64,000 nt of DNA from Poseidonia sp. (GTDB lineage: Archaea; Thermoplasmatota; Poseidoniia; Poseidoniales; Poseidoniaceae): contig JBMZXF010000002.1 in assembly GCA_049627345.1 (NCBI GenBank), positions 4,995 through 68,994 on the forward strand. Direction: 5' to 3'. This document shows positions 1 to 8,262 of the stretch, piece by piece. The translations under genes and the position numbers were made by a program. Below the pieces are notes generated by a model that was not told the DNA's origin, made no database searches, and saw only the letters and a program-made list of their open reading frames with translations. Position 1 is the first letter of the stretch, and each line of letters opens with the position of its first letter.

Positions 1-2585
1 GTGGCACGAACGCTCAGACGGTGAATGCCCGGCTCAAAGTTGCCCGCAGAGATGTCCATGTCGGCGGTCAAGGAACGGTTGTTCTCGTCGAGGTACGTGA
101 TGCCCGTCAGGTCCGACCACGGCGTCGAGAGCGACACACCCGTCGTCCCGCCAAAGTGGTAGGTGAAGCGGTACTGGAAGGACGTGACCACGACGTCGTC
201 CTCAACGCCCACAAGCACGTTGATCTTGTTGCCGTAGAGGTACTTCGAGCCGTCGCTGGAGGGCGTTGGCGAGAAGATGTCGATTTGCGGGAGTTGAGCG
301 TCGATGGACAAGTGGTCCCAACTCTGGTTGACGACGTTGTTGGATTCGTCTTCCATCACGACATAGACGGTCATGTCGCCGGCGTTGGAGTTGGATGAGA
401 TGCTGAAGTCGTAGGTGTAAAGCGGGCCCAGGTCGGGGTTGTTTCGGTTGTCATTGAGCAGGGCCAACGGTTCGTCTTCACCGGTCAGCACACCGCCGTC
501 AGAGGTGGTGATGCGGATGGTGGGCGTGGTGCCGAGGTCCTCGTTGACCTGAACGCGGAGCGAGTATTGGCCGGCCACGAGCGTGGTGCTGTCGTAGATC
601 ATGCCCTCGTCGTTGTAGACCGTCAGCTCGCCTTGAGGGAGCAATGTATCCTCAGCGACCTTGAAGGCGTTTCCACCGAAACCAGCGAAAATTTCGCCGT
701 TGAAATTCCCCCATTCGTCGGTGATGGTCACGGCGTACCAGACGTTGCGGTCAACGTCGGCAGGAATCGCAAACTCACGGGTCAGCGTGTCGCTCGTGAC
801 GAAGGTGGCGTCGATGTCCTCGAGCACGGGCTCCCACCCATCGCTTCCAATGGTGGAGACGTCGTTCTCATCCTCGCCAAAGGGCTCGCCGTAGTGGCGC
901 CAAATCGAGTAGGACTCGTTGTCTTCGTCCTCGTTAAACCACTCAAGGCTGACGAGGTTCAACGAACCGATGGAGAAGGCGTTCTTGATGCGCGGTGGGT
1001 TGGGCGCACGGGTGTCCTCAAATGGCACGTTGAAGTAGTTCTGAACCAGTCCTGTGTAGTGGTAGGTGCCGTTGATGTTGCCGTAGAGCGCCTCGGAGGT
1101 GACGAAGTAAAACGAGTTGGTGCGGTACTCGTCTTCGGGCACTTCGACGTCGAAGTAGCCGATGCCGTCGCCCACCGTGCCGAGGTACATCATGGTCTGA
1201 TTTTCGACAAACTGGGCGCCGGAGACACGGTAGGTCGTGTACCAGATGTGGTAAATCTCGCCTTCAATACCGAGTTGGTCGTTCCAGGTGACCCGAGTGG
1301 TGCGGTCGCCGATGAACTCGGCATGAACGTTGGTCGGTTCAGCGACCCATCCGTAGAAGGCGTTCTCCTCGATGCCGTTGGTGCACGCATCGCCGGTTGT
1401 ATCGGTGTTGATGACGCCGGTGGCATCGACGGTCACGACGCAGTAGTAGGAGAAGCCAAGGAACCCTTGTGGCACCTGAACCTCGTAGGAGTTGATGCCT
1501 TCCAAAATGCCCTCAACGAGCATGAACACGTCGTTGCGCAGGATGCTGGAGAAGGGTTGGTCAGAGCGGTAAACACGGTAGGTCTCGCCCGTTTCGCCAG
1601 CCACATCGCCCCACGTGATGGTGGTCGTTCCCGTGCCGTCTTCGTTGGCGAGGAACTCAGCGGAGAGGAGAATGGGCTGACTGGGTGGCCGGTTGTCTTC
1701 GACCACGGGGTCCGCCATCGTGTTTTGGCCGACGAATCGGATGTCCTCGTAGTCCTCGCCCGATTCGGTGTAGTTGGGCAGGAGGTAGGTGATGGAGTAG
1801 TAGCTGCTTCGCTCGGTGTTGGGAGGGATGTCAACGGTGTAGGAACTCTCGGTGGCGTTCAGCACAGCGATGGGGGTTTCCTCTGCAACGAGGTAGCCTC
1901 CGAGTTCACGGGTGATTTGGTAGTCGGTTCGCCAGATACGAATCTGAAGCGCATCCTCACCGGTCGTGGGCAGGATGTTGTTGATGGCGTTGTAATTGAG
2001 CCAGTTGATGTGCGTCTCGCTGGCAGCAGCGTCGAACTCGACGGAGATGATGAACGGCGTGTAGACGCTGCGGGTGATCTCCAACACGGGCTCGTAGGTT
2101 TGCGAACCGTTGAAGATGAGTTCAGCCGCCTCCGTGCCGTTGCTCAACAGCGTGGTAATGCCGTAGTAGAACGTGCCGTTGGTGCCGGGTTCAACCGGGA
2201 AGGTGACCGTGTGGCCGGGGTGGGTACCGCCCTCGCAGTTGAACGGGTTGCCGCCGGCCACACCGACGTCGCACGCATCCACTTGAGCGAAGGGCGTCAA
2301 ACTGGCCAGGTTCGTTTGGTCGATGGGGGCCGTGTGGCGGTAGAGTTGGTAGCTCGCACTGAACAAACCGTTGAGTTCCTGGCCGCCCGTTGCGATGTTT
2401 TCCCACGTGATGACCGTGGTTTCGGTCGTGTTGTCAAACGTCGCGAGGATGTTTTGCGCCTGCAAATTTGCAGGGTCGCCATTGGCCTGTACGGGGCTGA
2501 GCGGAGCCAACGCAAGGAGCATGACTGCGGTAAGAATGACGGCGCGCAGACCACCGTTTTGTTCAGCCTTTGGGCTACCCATCAT
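1..2585 (-). CDS. Secreted repeat-rich cell-surface protein, N-terminal part (gene runs off the left edge of the window)
   Basis: Absent from the supplied ORF track because it has no stop codon inside the window. Reverse-strand reading from ATGATG at 2585 gives MMGSPKAEQNGGLRAVILTAVMLLALAPLSPVQA/NGDPANLQAQNILATFDNTTETTVITWENI... This is a charged n-region, a hydrophobic core and a VQA cleavage-like site. Repeated modules with (I/V)(T/N)W ... Y(R/H)(V/I)(Y/W)R spacing follow, like Fn3/Ig-type units. Spot checks of this frame found no stops. Track ORFs 21..398 and 567..2612 (+) lie in the codon-aligned antisense frame and have the V/G/D/R-rich look of shadow ORFs. Confidence 0.7.
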   Translation of the reverse strand, partial: MMGSPKAEQNGGLRAVILTAVMLLALAPLSPVQANGDPANLQAQNILATFDNTTETTVITWENIATGGQELNGLFSASYQLYRHTAPIDQTNLASLTPFAQVDACDVGVAGGNPFNCEGGTHPGHTVTFPVEPGTNGTFYYGITTLLSNGTEAAELIFNGSQTYEPVLEITRSVYTPFIISVEFDAAASETHINWLNYNAINNILPTTGEDALQIRIWRTDYQITRELGGYLVAEETPIAVLNATESSYTVDIPPNTERSSYYSITYLLPNYTESGEDYEDIRFVGQNTMADPVVEDNRPPSQPILLSAEFLANEDGTGTTTITWGDVAGETGETYRVYRSDQPFSSILRNDVFMLVEGILEGINSYEVQVPQGFLGFSYYCVVTVDATGVINTDTTGDACTNGIEENAFYGWVAEPTNVHAEFIGDRTTRVTWNDQLGIEGEIYHIWYTTYRVSGAQFVENQTMMYLGTVGDGIGYFDVEVPEDEYRTNSFYFVTSEALYGNINGTYHYTGLVQNYFNVPFEDTRAPNPPRIKNAFSIGSLNLVSLEWFNEDEDNESYSIWRHYGEPFGEDENDVSTIGSDGWEPVLEDIDATFVTSDTLTREFAIPADVDRNVWYAVTITDEWGNFNGEIFAGFGGNAFKVAEDTLLPQGELTVYNDEGMIYDSTTLVAGQYSLRVQVNEDLGTTPTIRITTSDGGVLTGEDEPLALLNDNRNNPDLGPLYTYDFSISSNSNAGDMTVYVVMEDESNNVVNQSWDHLSIDAQLPQIDIFSPTPSSDGSKYLYGNKINVLVGVEDDVVVTSFQYRFTYHFGGTTGVSLSTPWSDLTGITYLDENNRSLTADMDISAGNFEPGIHRLSVRA

Positions 2586-2710
2586 CTCATATGTCGCCTT
2601 CGTCCGTTATGACTATGTCGCTTCTCAGGGGTCAAAAATGCCGATGTATGGAGCGAACGGGGGTCGCCAAATTGAGCCACCGTTCAACGGCACTGTCATG
2701 GCGATTGACC

Positions 2711-3406
2711 CTATTTGCGCTCGGGCTGTGGCAGCGGGTCTTCAGCATCGAGACGTTGGATTTCACCTTTCGCCTGCATGAACCGAACGCTGAACGTCCA
2801 CAAGCCGCCGAGGCCAGAGATGAAGACGATCAGGCTGAGGGGGTTGACGTTGATGTGGTCGAACCAGCCGGGGTAGGTGGCGTCGATGGACCACCCCGCC
2901 AACAGCATGACGCCCATCACGATGAGCGACAACAACGTGAGCACGGTCCTGTCGGCTCGTGAAAAACCTCGGTAGTTCCTCGAACCCGCAACGGCTTGTG
3001 CTTGCGTGCCCATGTAGGAGCCGAGCAAGGTGAGGAAGGCTGCAGCAAACCCAAGCGTCATGTCGCCGACAAACACCGAGGCGCTGATGCAGACCACCCA
3101 AACAGCATCGAGCACGCGGTCGATGGTGTGGTCGAGGTAATCCCCCCAGCGGGTGACTTCGCCCTTGGCTCGAGCCAACGAGCCGTCAAGACCGTCAAAC
3201 AACATGGCCAGCGCGATGCTCAATGCACCACCGAGCAACCACCAGCCACCGGATGCTTCGTCCGGAGCATACGTGGCCAACAGCCCTCCAGCGACCCCAA
3301 ACGGCAGGGCCATCCACGTCACGGTGGCGGGTGAGAACGAGGAAAAGGCGTTCAAGACCGGTTGGAGGGCTGACTCCCATCGCTTGCGCATCTTTTCGAG
3401 GGCCAT
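2711..3406 (-). CDS. CDP-alcohol phosphatidyltransferase family protein (polar-lipid head-group transferase, archaetidylserine / archaetidylinositol-phosphate synthase type)
   Basis: 231-aa polytopic membrane ORF. It carries the family signature D-G-x2-A-R-x8-G-x3-D-x3-D as DGSLARAKGEVTRWGDYLDHTID. Confidence 0.8.
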   Translation of the reverse strand: MALEKMRKRWESALQPVLNAFSSFSPATVTWMALPFGVAGGLLATYAPDEASGGWWLLGGALSIALAMLFDGLDGSLARAKGEVTRWGDYLDHTIDRVLDAVWVVCISASVFVGDMTLGFAAAFLTLLGSYMGTQAQAVAGSRNYRGFSRADRTVLTLLSLIVMGVMLLAGWSIDATYPGWFDHINVNPLSLIVFISGLGGLWTFSVRFMQAKGEIQRLDAEDPLPQPERK

Positions 3407-3463
3407 GGCTTCACCACCGAGGAACGGGTGTTATGGTTTGTGGGGCGTTTGACCCCCACCGCC

Positions 3464-4003
3464 TCATTCTCCGAGCCAATCGATGGCGTCCATCGCTTGT
3501 TCGGTGAGTGGAAGCGAAGGCAACCCTTCCTCCACCCACGATCGAACCTGATCGGCAGAGGCGTCTCCGCCTCCCGTGGTGTCCACTTCCAGCAGTGGAA
3601 GGTCAATTTCAAACTCCATCAGTTCGGCCCAGTGGCCCGCCGTCATCTCCCACTCAACGTTGGCCTTGACCTTCCGAGCGTCGTAACCACGGGCTGACAA
3701 GCGTTCGTTCAGAACCGCAGGTTGGCATCGGAGGAGCACGACGCCGTCAACTTCCAGCAGATGGGCCAAGTGGCCGTCGACAAGCCAACGCCCTTCTGCA
3801 GGCGCCTCCCAAGTTTCGGCCAGCCGGTGAACGTCAATCGGAGCGGCACCGTCCGCTTCGTCGACGGGTCCCATGCAACCGTGTTCCTCGGCGAGGGCGG
3901 CCAACGATAACACCTGCCAGCCATCGCCCTCCATCGCTTCGCACAGGGTTGTTTTCCCGGTTCCGGGTGTGCCAGACACGGCGAGGACGCACGAGGTCAC
4001 CAT
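3464..4003 (-). CDS. fap7: Fap7/AK6-type adenylate kinase-like NTPase
   Basis: C-terminal 179 aa of track ORF 3464..4882, starting MVTSCVLAVSGTPGTGKTTL with the P-loop at the extreme N-terminus. Size and layout are typical of archaeal Fap7. The upstream 293 aa of the track ORF are antisense to the better-looking + gene 4070..4855. A TATA-like GTTTATTG (4034..4027, minus strand) ends 23 nt before the ATG at 4003. Confidence 0.7.
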   Translation of the reverse strand: MVTSCVLAVSGTPGTGKTTLCEAMEGDGWQVLSLAALAEEHGCMGPVDEADGAAPIDVHRLAETWEAPAEGRWLVDGHLAHLLEVDGVVLLRCQPAVLNERLSARGYDARKVKANVEWEMTAGHWAELMEFEIDLPLLEVDTTGGGDASADQVRSWVEEGLPSLPLTEQAMDAIDWLGE

Positions 4004-4069
4004 GAACGGTCGGCGGCGGCGATGGTCAATAAACGCAGAAGGTGAAGGGCGATACCGTCCATCAAAGGC

Positions 4070-4855
4070 ATGATAGCCTCGGTGGTGCTCAGCGAGGTTG
4101 ATACCATGTTCGGGATGCAGGACCCTTCGCAAACCCTGCATCAGATTGAACGCTACATGCAAGAGGGGCGGCTTGAACTCTCGGAAGTGATGGCGACACA
4201 GTTCTGTGACATGATGCTGGCCAAGAAAAAGCGCGACCCGCAGCAACAAATTTTCCTGCTCAAGGGCCTCCGTCTCATGTGCGATGTCTACCTCATGCGA
4301 GACAAGGCCGACCAAAGCATGGCGAGCATCAAGCGAATGCACAGCGAGCGAAAGGCCCTGGTGAAAATCCTGCAGAAGCACGCACCGCAAATGCTTGAGG
4401 CCATGCAACCCGAACACGAGGACCATCTGCGAGCGGGAAGGCTCTACGCGGCGGCCGGAAAACGACGAGCGGCTTCGAAGGCCTTTGCCAAATGCGAGAA
4501 ACTCTCGCCCGGTCACCTCGCCGCCGCTCACACGGCCGCCGATCTCATGCCCAACAAGGCCCACGTCGACCGGTTGTTGGCGGCGGTCGGCGCCGCTGGG
4601 GACGTCATCCACGCCAACGGGGTCTTTGAGCTCCAACCGACCGCCTCCCCGCCGGTGGCCCTTGAAACCGTGGTCAACTCGCTCAGGCACGCCTCGGCCA
4701 ATCAGCCCGGGAAGGCGCCGGCTTGCCAGGCCGAAATCACACGCCTGGAAGGTCAACGAGCGGCGATCATCGCGGGGGAGCAAGCCGCCAACGCTCGCTT
4801 GCAGTCGGCCCTTGACAGCCTGCAGCCTAAGCACGACTACTACCAGTACGGATGA
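4070..4855 (+). CDS. Hypothetical helical protein
   Basis: 261-aa ORF with native-looking GC3-rich codon usage and balanced composition (MQDPSQTLHQIERYMQEGRLELSEVM...). No family recognised. The start could instead be the ATG at 4106 or 4115. Confidence 0.5.
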   Translation: MIASVVLSEVDTMFGMQDPSQTLHQIERYMQEGRLELSEVMATQFCDMMLAKKKRDPQQQIFLLKGLRLMCDVYLMRDKADQSMASIKRMHSERKALVKILQKHAPQMLEAMQPEHEDHLRAGRLYAAAGKRRAASKAFAKCEKLSPGHLAAAHTAADLMPNKAHVDRLLAAVGAAGDVIHANGVFELQPTASPPVALETVVNSLRHASANQPGKAPACQAEITRLEGQRAAIIAGEQAANARLQSALDSLQPKHDYYQYG

Positions 4856-4933
4856 TGGTAGCGAGGGATGGATTTGAACCATCGATCTCCGGGTTATGAG
4901 CCCGACGGGATATCCAGACTACCCCACCTCGCT
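4856..4933 (-). tRNA. tRNA-Met: Initiator tRNA-Met (anticodon CAT), CCA encoded
   Basis: Reverse complement reads AGCGAGG-TG-GGGT-AGTCTGGATA-TCCC-G-TCGGG-CTCATAA-CCCGG-AGATC-GATGG-TTCAAAT-CCATC-CCTCGCT-A-CCA. It has a 7-bp acceptor stem, a 5-bp T stem, a 7-nt anticodon loop with CAT centred, and GG in the D loop. The A1:U72 pair and three consecutive G:C pairs closing the anticodon stem are the archaeal/eukaryotic initiator identity set. Confidence 0.9.
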
Positions 4934-4956
4934 ACCCCCTGCGCCACGGTTCACCG

Positions 4957-4964
4957 TTTTCAAA
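4957..4964. promoter_or_regulatory. Shared near-palindromic TATA element TTTTCAAA between the initiator tRNA (-) and the lipoprotein gene (+)
   Basis: As TTTGAAAA on the minus strand it ends 23 nt upstream of tRNA position 1 (4933). As TTTTCAAA on the plus strand it ends 20 nt upstream of the ATG at 4985. Confidence 0.4.
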
Positions 4965-4984
4965 CCACCGTCGCCCACCCCATC

Positions 4985-5845
4985 ATGAAAACGGGTGGAT
5001 TGATGAGGTGGAAGGTCCACCATCATCGCATGCGAGCCGCCCGTGTCAAGGCCATGGCGACGCTCGCCGTGCTCGTCTGTGCCAGCCTCGCCGGTTGCCT
5101 TGGCCCCGTTGAGGACGATGATGATGCGAGTCCCATCTCCATGACCGTCCACTACGAGGCCACCTCGGGCACCATCCTCGAACGTGTTCAGAACGGGGCC
5201 ACGCTGTCGCAGACCGGTGTTGAGTTGGCCTTCGACTTCGCTCGGGTGACCTCCAAAGCAGGCGCGATGACGACCTTCACGCTCGACCCGGGGGATGACG
5301 AAGACGGTTCCAACACCATCACGGTGAACGCCAACGACCAAGCGGAGATCGCCTACACCTACCAGACCCACGGCCTGTTCACGGTCGTGCTGTCAGCGAC
5401 CGATGAGAGCGGCAATGAAGCATCCACCAGCGTCATGGTTCGCATCGACAAAACGACCGATTGGACCCAAAGCAACACCGATAACCCCGATTCAATGGTG
5501 CTGCCAACCACCCCTGACTGCCCCTGTCCGGCACCGGAACGCATTGAGGTCGATTCAACCATCAGCAATCCAGCCGGCATCCTTGCGGGCACGCCGGTGA
5601 CCGTGACCTGGCACCTTGACAACCCCGATGGCCAGCAACAAGCCTTCCACACCGAACAAATTGGTGACGGGCAAGAAGCGTCCTGGACCCACAGCCAGTA
5701 CAACATCGTGGCCGGAGACTGGGCGCTCAACGTAACCATTGACTCAGGAAACGACTCCCTCAACCTGCATCACGTCGTCACCGTCTCGTACGAAGCCGTG
5801 GAATCGCCGCCCAATCCGATTGAGACGACCACAGAACAGGACTGA
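4985..5845 (+). CDS. Secreted lipoprotein with PKD/Ig-like domain
   Basis: The track ORF starts at 4868, inside the tRNA gene, so that start is rejected. From the ATG at 4985 the N-terminus is MKTGGLMRWKVHHHRMRAARVKAMATLAVLVCASLAGCLGP, a signal peptide with lipobox LAGC. It carries a PKD-like strand motif (YTYQTHGLFTVVLSATDESGNEASTSVMVRI). A TATA-like TTTTCAAA lies at 4957-4964, 20 nt upstream of 4985. Confidence 0.65.
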   Translation: MKTGGLMRWKVHHHRMRAARVKAMATLAVLVCASLAGCLGPVEDDDDASPISMTVHYEATSGTILERVQNGATLSQTGVELAFDFARVTSKAGAMTTFTLDPGDDEDGSNTITVNANDQAEIAYTYQTHGLFTVVLSATDESGNEASTSVMVRIDKTTDWTQSNTDNPDSMVLPTTPDCPCPAPERIEVDSTISNPAGILAGTPVTVTWHLDNPDGQQQAFHTEQIGDGQEASWTHSQYNIVAGDWALNVTIDSGNDSLNLHHVVTVSYEAVESPPNPIETTTEQD

Positions 5846-5966
5846 ACTTCACTTTCACTTTGACGAAATCAAAACGAAAAGTGAACTAAAACGCTGACTG
5901 CGGCTCAATGAAACCGGCATTTCCATTGAAAACGTGGAGGCGTGACATCAAGCCCTCCTTCGCTCC

Positions 5967-5974
5967 TTCATATA
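5967..5974 (+). promoter_or_regulatory. TATA box TTCATATA upstream of radA
   Basis: Context ccTTCATATACgg. A 36-nt gap to the ATG at 6011 implies a short (~12-15 nt) leader. Confidence 0.4.
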
Positions 5975-6010
5975 CGGAAGGCATCCAACAATGGGATGAA
6001 GGGATGAAAC

Positions 6011-7045
6011 ATGCCAACGAAATCGAAGAAAAAAGTGAGTATTGAAGTTGAAAAGAATGAAGCACCGGAGGAAGAAAACCTTGCTTCAATGACCGAAGAA
6101 GAAGAGGTCAAGGTGACCATCGAAGACCTGCCCGGCGTCGGACCTGCCACCGCCGAGAAGCTCCGCGAAGCCGGATTTGAGGAACTCCTGGGCCTCGCCG
6201 TCATGTCGCCTGCCGACCTGGCCGAAGAAGCCGAACTCGGTGAAGCCGTGTCCGCCAAGATCATCGCTGCGGCCAAGAAGATGGCCAACATCGGTGGATT
6301 CGTTTCCGGTGATGCCCTCCTCGAGCGCCGACGTGAAGTTCAGAAACTCTCCTCCAAGGTTCAATCCATCGACGACCTCCTCGGTGGCGGCTTTGAAACC
6401 CAAGCCTTGGTCGAAGTCTACGGTGAGTTCGGCAGCGGCAAAACGCAGATCGGCCACCAACTCGCCGTGAACTGCACCCTCCCTGTTGACCAGGGTGGAC
6501 TCGACGGCGATGTCTTCTACATCGACACGGAAGACACGTTCCGTCCGGAGCGCATCACCCAGATGGCTCGAGGCCACGGTCTTGACCCCGAGTACGTGCT
6601 CTCCCGCATTCACGTCGCACGTGCCTACAACTCCGCTCACCAGATGCTTCTCGCTGACGAGATCAAGCGCATGAGCAAGGGCTTGAACGTGAAGATGATC
6701 ATCGTTGATTCCTTGACCAGCCACTTCCGTGCCGAATTCATTGGCCGTGGTATGCTCGCTCGACGCCAGCAGAAGCTCAACAGCCACCTGAAAGACCTCA
6801 AGAAACTGGCCGACGTCAACAACGCACTGGTGCTCGTCACCAACCAGGTTCACTCCAAGCCCGACGCCATGTGGGGCGACCCAACCAAGCCCATCGGCGG
6901 CCACATCCTGGCCCACGCCAGCACCTTCCGGCTCTACCTGAGGAAGGCGAAGGGAGGCCGCCGCATCGCTCGCCTCGTCGACTCGCCCAACCTCCCCGAC
7001 GGCGAGTGTGTCTACCAGGTCACCGAAGAAGGTCTTCGAGACTGA
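6011..7045 (+). CDS. radA: DNA repair and recombination protein RadA
   Basis: N-terminal HhH region ([17 protein letters not shown]), Walker [10 protein letters not shown], Walker B MIIVDSL and a RecA-fold core with typical RadA/Rad51 spacing. 344 aa. Confidence 0.95.
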   Translation: MPTKSKKKVSIEVEKNEAPEEENLASMTEEEEVKVTIEDLPGVGPATAEKLREAGFEELLGLAVMSPADLAEEAELGEAVSAKIIAAAKKMANIGGFVSGDALLERRREVQKLSSKVQSIDDLLGGGFETQALVEVYGEFGSGKTQIGHQLAVNCTLPVDQGGLDGDVFYIDTEDTFRPERITQMARGHGLDPEYVLSRIHVARAYNSAHQMLLADEIKRMSKGLNVKMIIVDSLTSHFRAEFIGRGMLARRQQKLNSHLKDLKKLADVNNALVLVTNQVHSKPDAMWGDPTKPIGGHILAHASTFRLYLRKAKGGRRIARLVDSPNLPDGECVYQVTEEGLRD

Positions 7046-7104
7046 GACGGCGAACGGGAAGCGGGCGTGAAACCGCTGGATGAAGCCACCCAGGTGGCGG
7101 CACA

Positions 7105-7112
7105 TTCAAATT
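7105..7112 (+). promoter_or_regulatory. TATA box TTCAAATT of ftsZ
   Basis: 21-nt gap to the ATG at 7134. Confidence 0.45.
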
Positions 7113-7133
7113 GTCAGCATGGGAAATCTGCCC

Positions 7134-8261
7134 ATGCGCCATTTGATTGAACGCGTTTTGGAACTCTCCGATGAGGAACAACGTGTGGTCGTCCACGAAG
7201 AACCGCCCGGCCAAGGCTCTGAAGAAGAACTGAAGGCGTTGCTCGAATCGCTCCAACCGAGGATCCGCGTCTACGGTGTGGGCGGTGCAGGCTGCAACGC
7301 CATCAATCGCTTGTTCGACGAGAAGTTGTTCGAGTCGTCCTACGTGACCGGCTACGCCATCAACACGGACGCTCAAGCGCTGCTCCAGTCCCCCATCGAA
7401 GAGAAAGTGCTCATCGGCCGCACCGCTCGCGGTCGAGGTGCTGGCGGCGACCCTACCAAAGGTGAAGCCGCTGCACTGGAATCCGAGCGCGTCCTGCGCC
7501 GCATCACCAACGACACCCAACTGGCGATCATCACGGCCGGCATGGGCGGCGGTTCAGGCACCGGTGCAGCCGGTCATGTCGCCCGTTTGGCCAAGGCCCA
7601 AGGCGCCATGACCATCGCCGTGGTCACCTACCCGTTCAAGTCCGAAGGCTCACTTCGAAAGCAAAACGCCGAGTGGGGTCTGGAACGCCTTCGCGAGTAC
7701 TGCGACACCATCTTGGTCATTCCTAACGAGCGCCTGCTGGAGATTGAGGGCGTGAAGGACCTCCCCATCGCCAGTGCCTTCCGTGTGGGCGATGAATTGT
7801 TGGTTCGGTCCATCACGGGCGTCACCGAACTCTTGACCACCGACGGCATGGTCAACCTCGACTTTGAGGACTTGAAGTCCATCGTCAATTCAGGCGCCGG
7901 TGTGGCCATGATTGGTCTTGGCAGTGCGAAAGGGCCCGGACGAGCCGATGCTGCAACGATGGAAGCCCTCCACTCACCCCTGCTTGACCTCGACATGAGC
8001 GATGCCCGGGGCGCGCTCATCAACGTGGTGGGTGGCGCCAGCCTCACGCTGGGTGAAGCCGAACGTTGTTCACAACTCATCAAGGAACAAATCTCTCCCA
8101 ACGCGAAGATCATTTGGGGTGCGGCGGTCAAGGAAGACTTGGGCGACGAACTCCGCGTGATGCTGGTGTTGACCGGTGTCAAGAGCGACCAGATTCACGG
8201 CTCGACCGAAAACCGTCAGCTTCGTGCATTGCGAAACCGACAGATTGAGTTCGTCAACTGA
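7134..8261 (+). CDS. ftsZ: Cell division GTPase FtsZ
   Basis: Motifs VYGVGGAGCNAINRL, tubulin signature GGGSGTGAAG, and VVTYPFKSEG. The track start 7080 is probably too far upstream. The TATA-like TTCAAATT at 7105-7112 lies inside that extension and ends 21 nt before the ATG at 7134 (MRHLIERVLEL...). Confidence 0.9.
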   Translation: MRHLIERVLELSDEEQRVVVHEEPPGQGSEEELKALLESLQPRIRVYGVGGAGCNAINRLFDEKLFESSYVTGYAINTDAQALLQSPIEEKVLIGRTARGRGAGGDPTKGEAAALESERVLRRITNDTQLAIITAGMGGGSGTGAAGHVARLAKAQGAMTIAVVTYPFKSEGSLRKQNAEWGLERLREYCDTILVIPNERLLEIEGVKDLPIASAFRVGDELLVRSITGVTELLTTDGMVNLDFEDLKSIVNSGAGVAMIGLGSAKGPGRADAATMEALHSPLLDLDMSDARGALINVVGGASLTLGEAERCSQLIKEQISPNAKIIWGAAVKEDLGDELRVMLVLTGVKSDQIHGSTENRQLRALRNRQIEFVN

Positions 8262-8262
8262 T

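Noticed and set aside
567-2612. 681-aa + strand ORF (and 21..398 in the same frame).
   Set aside because: The V/G/D/R/A-rich composition is typical of the antisense frame of a GC-rich gene. The minus strand in the aligned frame is open and encodes a signal peptide plus repeat modules.
4004-4882. N-terminal 293 aa of the 472-aa minus-strand ORF 3464..4882.
   Set aside because: It has implausible composition, overlaps the tRNA gene, and is antisense to the well-formed + gene 4070..4855. The recognisable Fap7 domain starts at the ATG at 4003 with its own TATA-like box.
6086-7105. 339-aa minus-strand ORF opposite radA. Similar cases: 9371..11203 opposite icd, 15680..17335 opposite the MMPL gene, 33561..35174 and 30681..31619 opposite the giant gene, 41879..43000 and 44128..45438 and 46712..48007 on the + strand opposite the minus-strand gene string, 53941..55098 and 51440..52741 opposite the AddAB-like genes, and 57767..58975 opposite the TFB-like gene.
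   Set aside because: Each is antisense to a gene with clear family motifs, and each translation is low-complexity and G/V/R/D/H-rich. These are shadow ORFs expected at this GC content.
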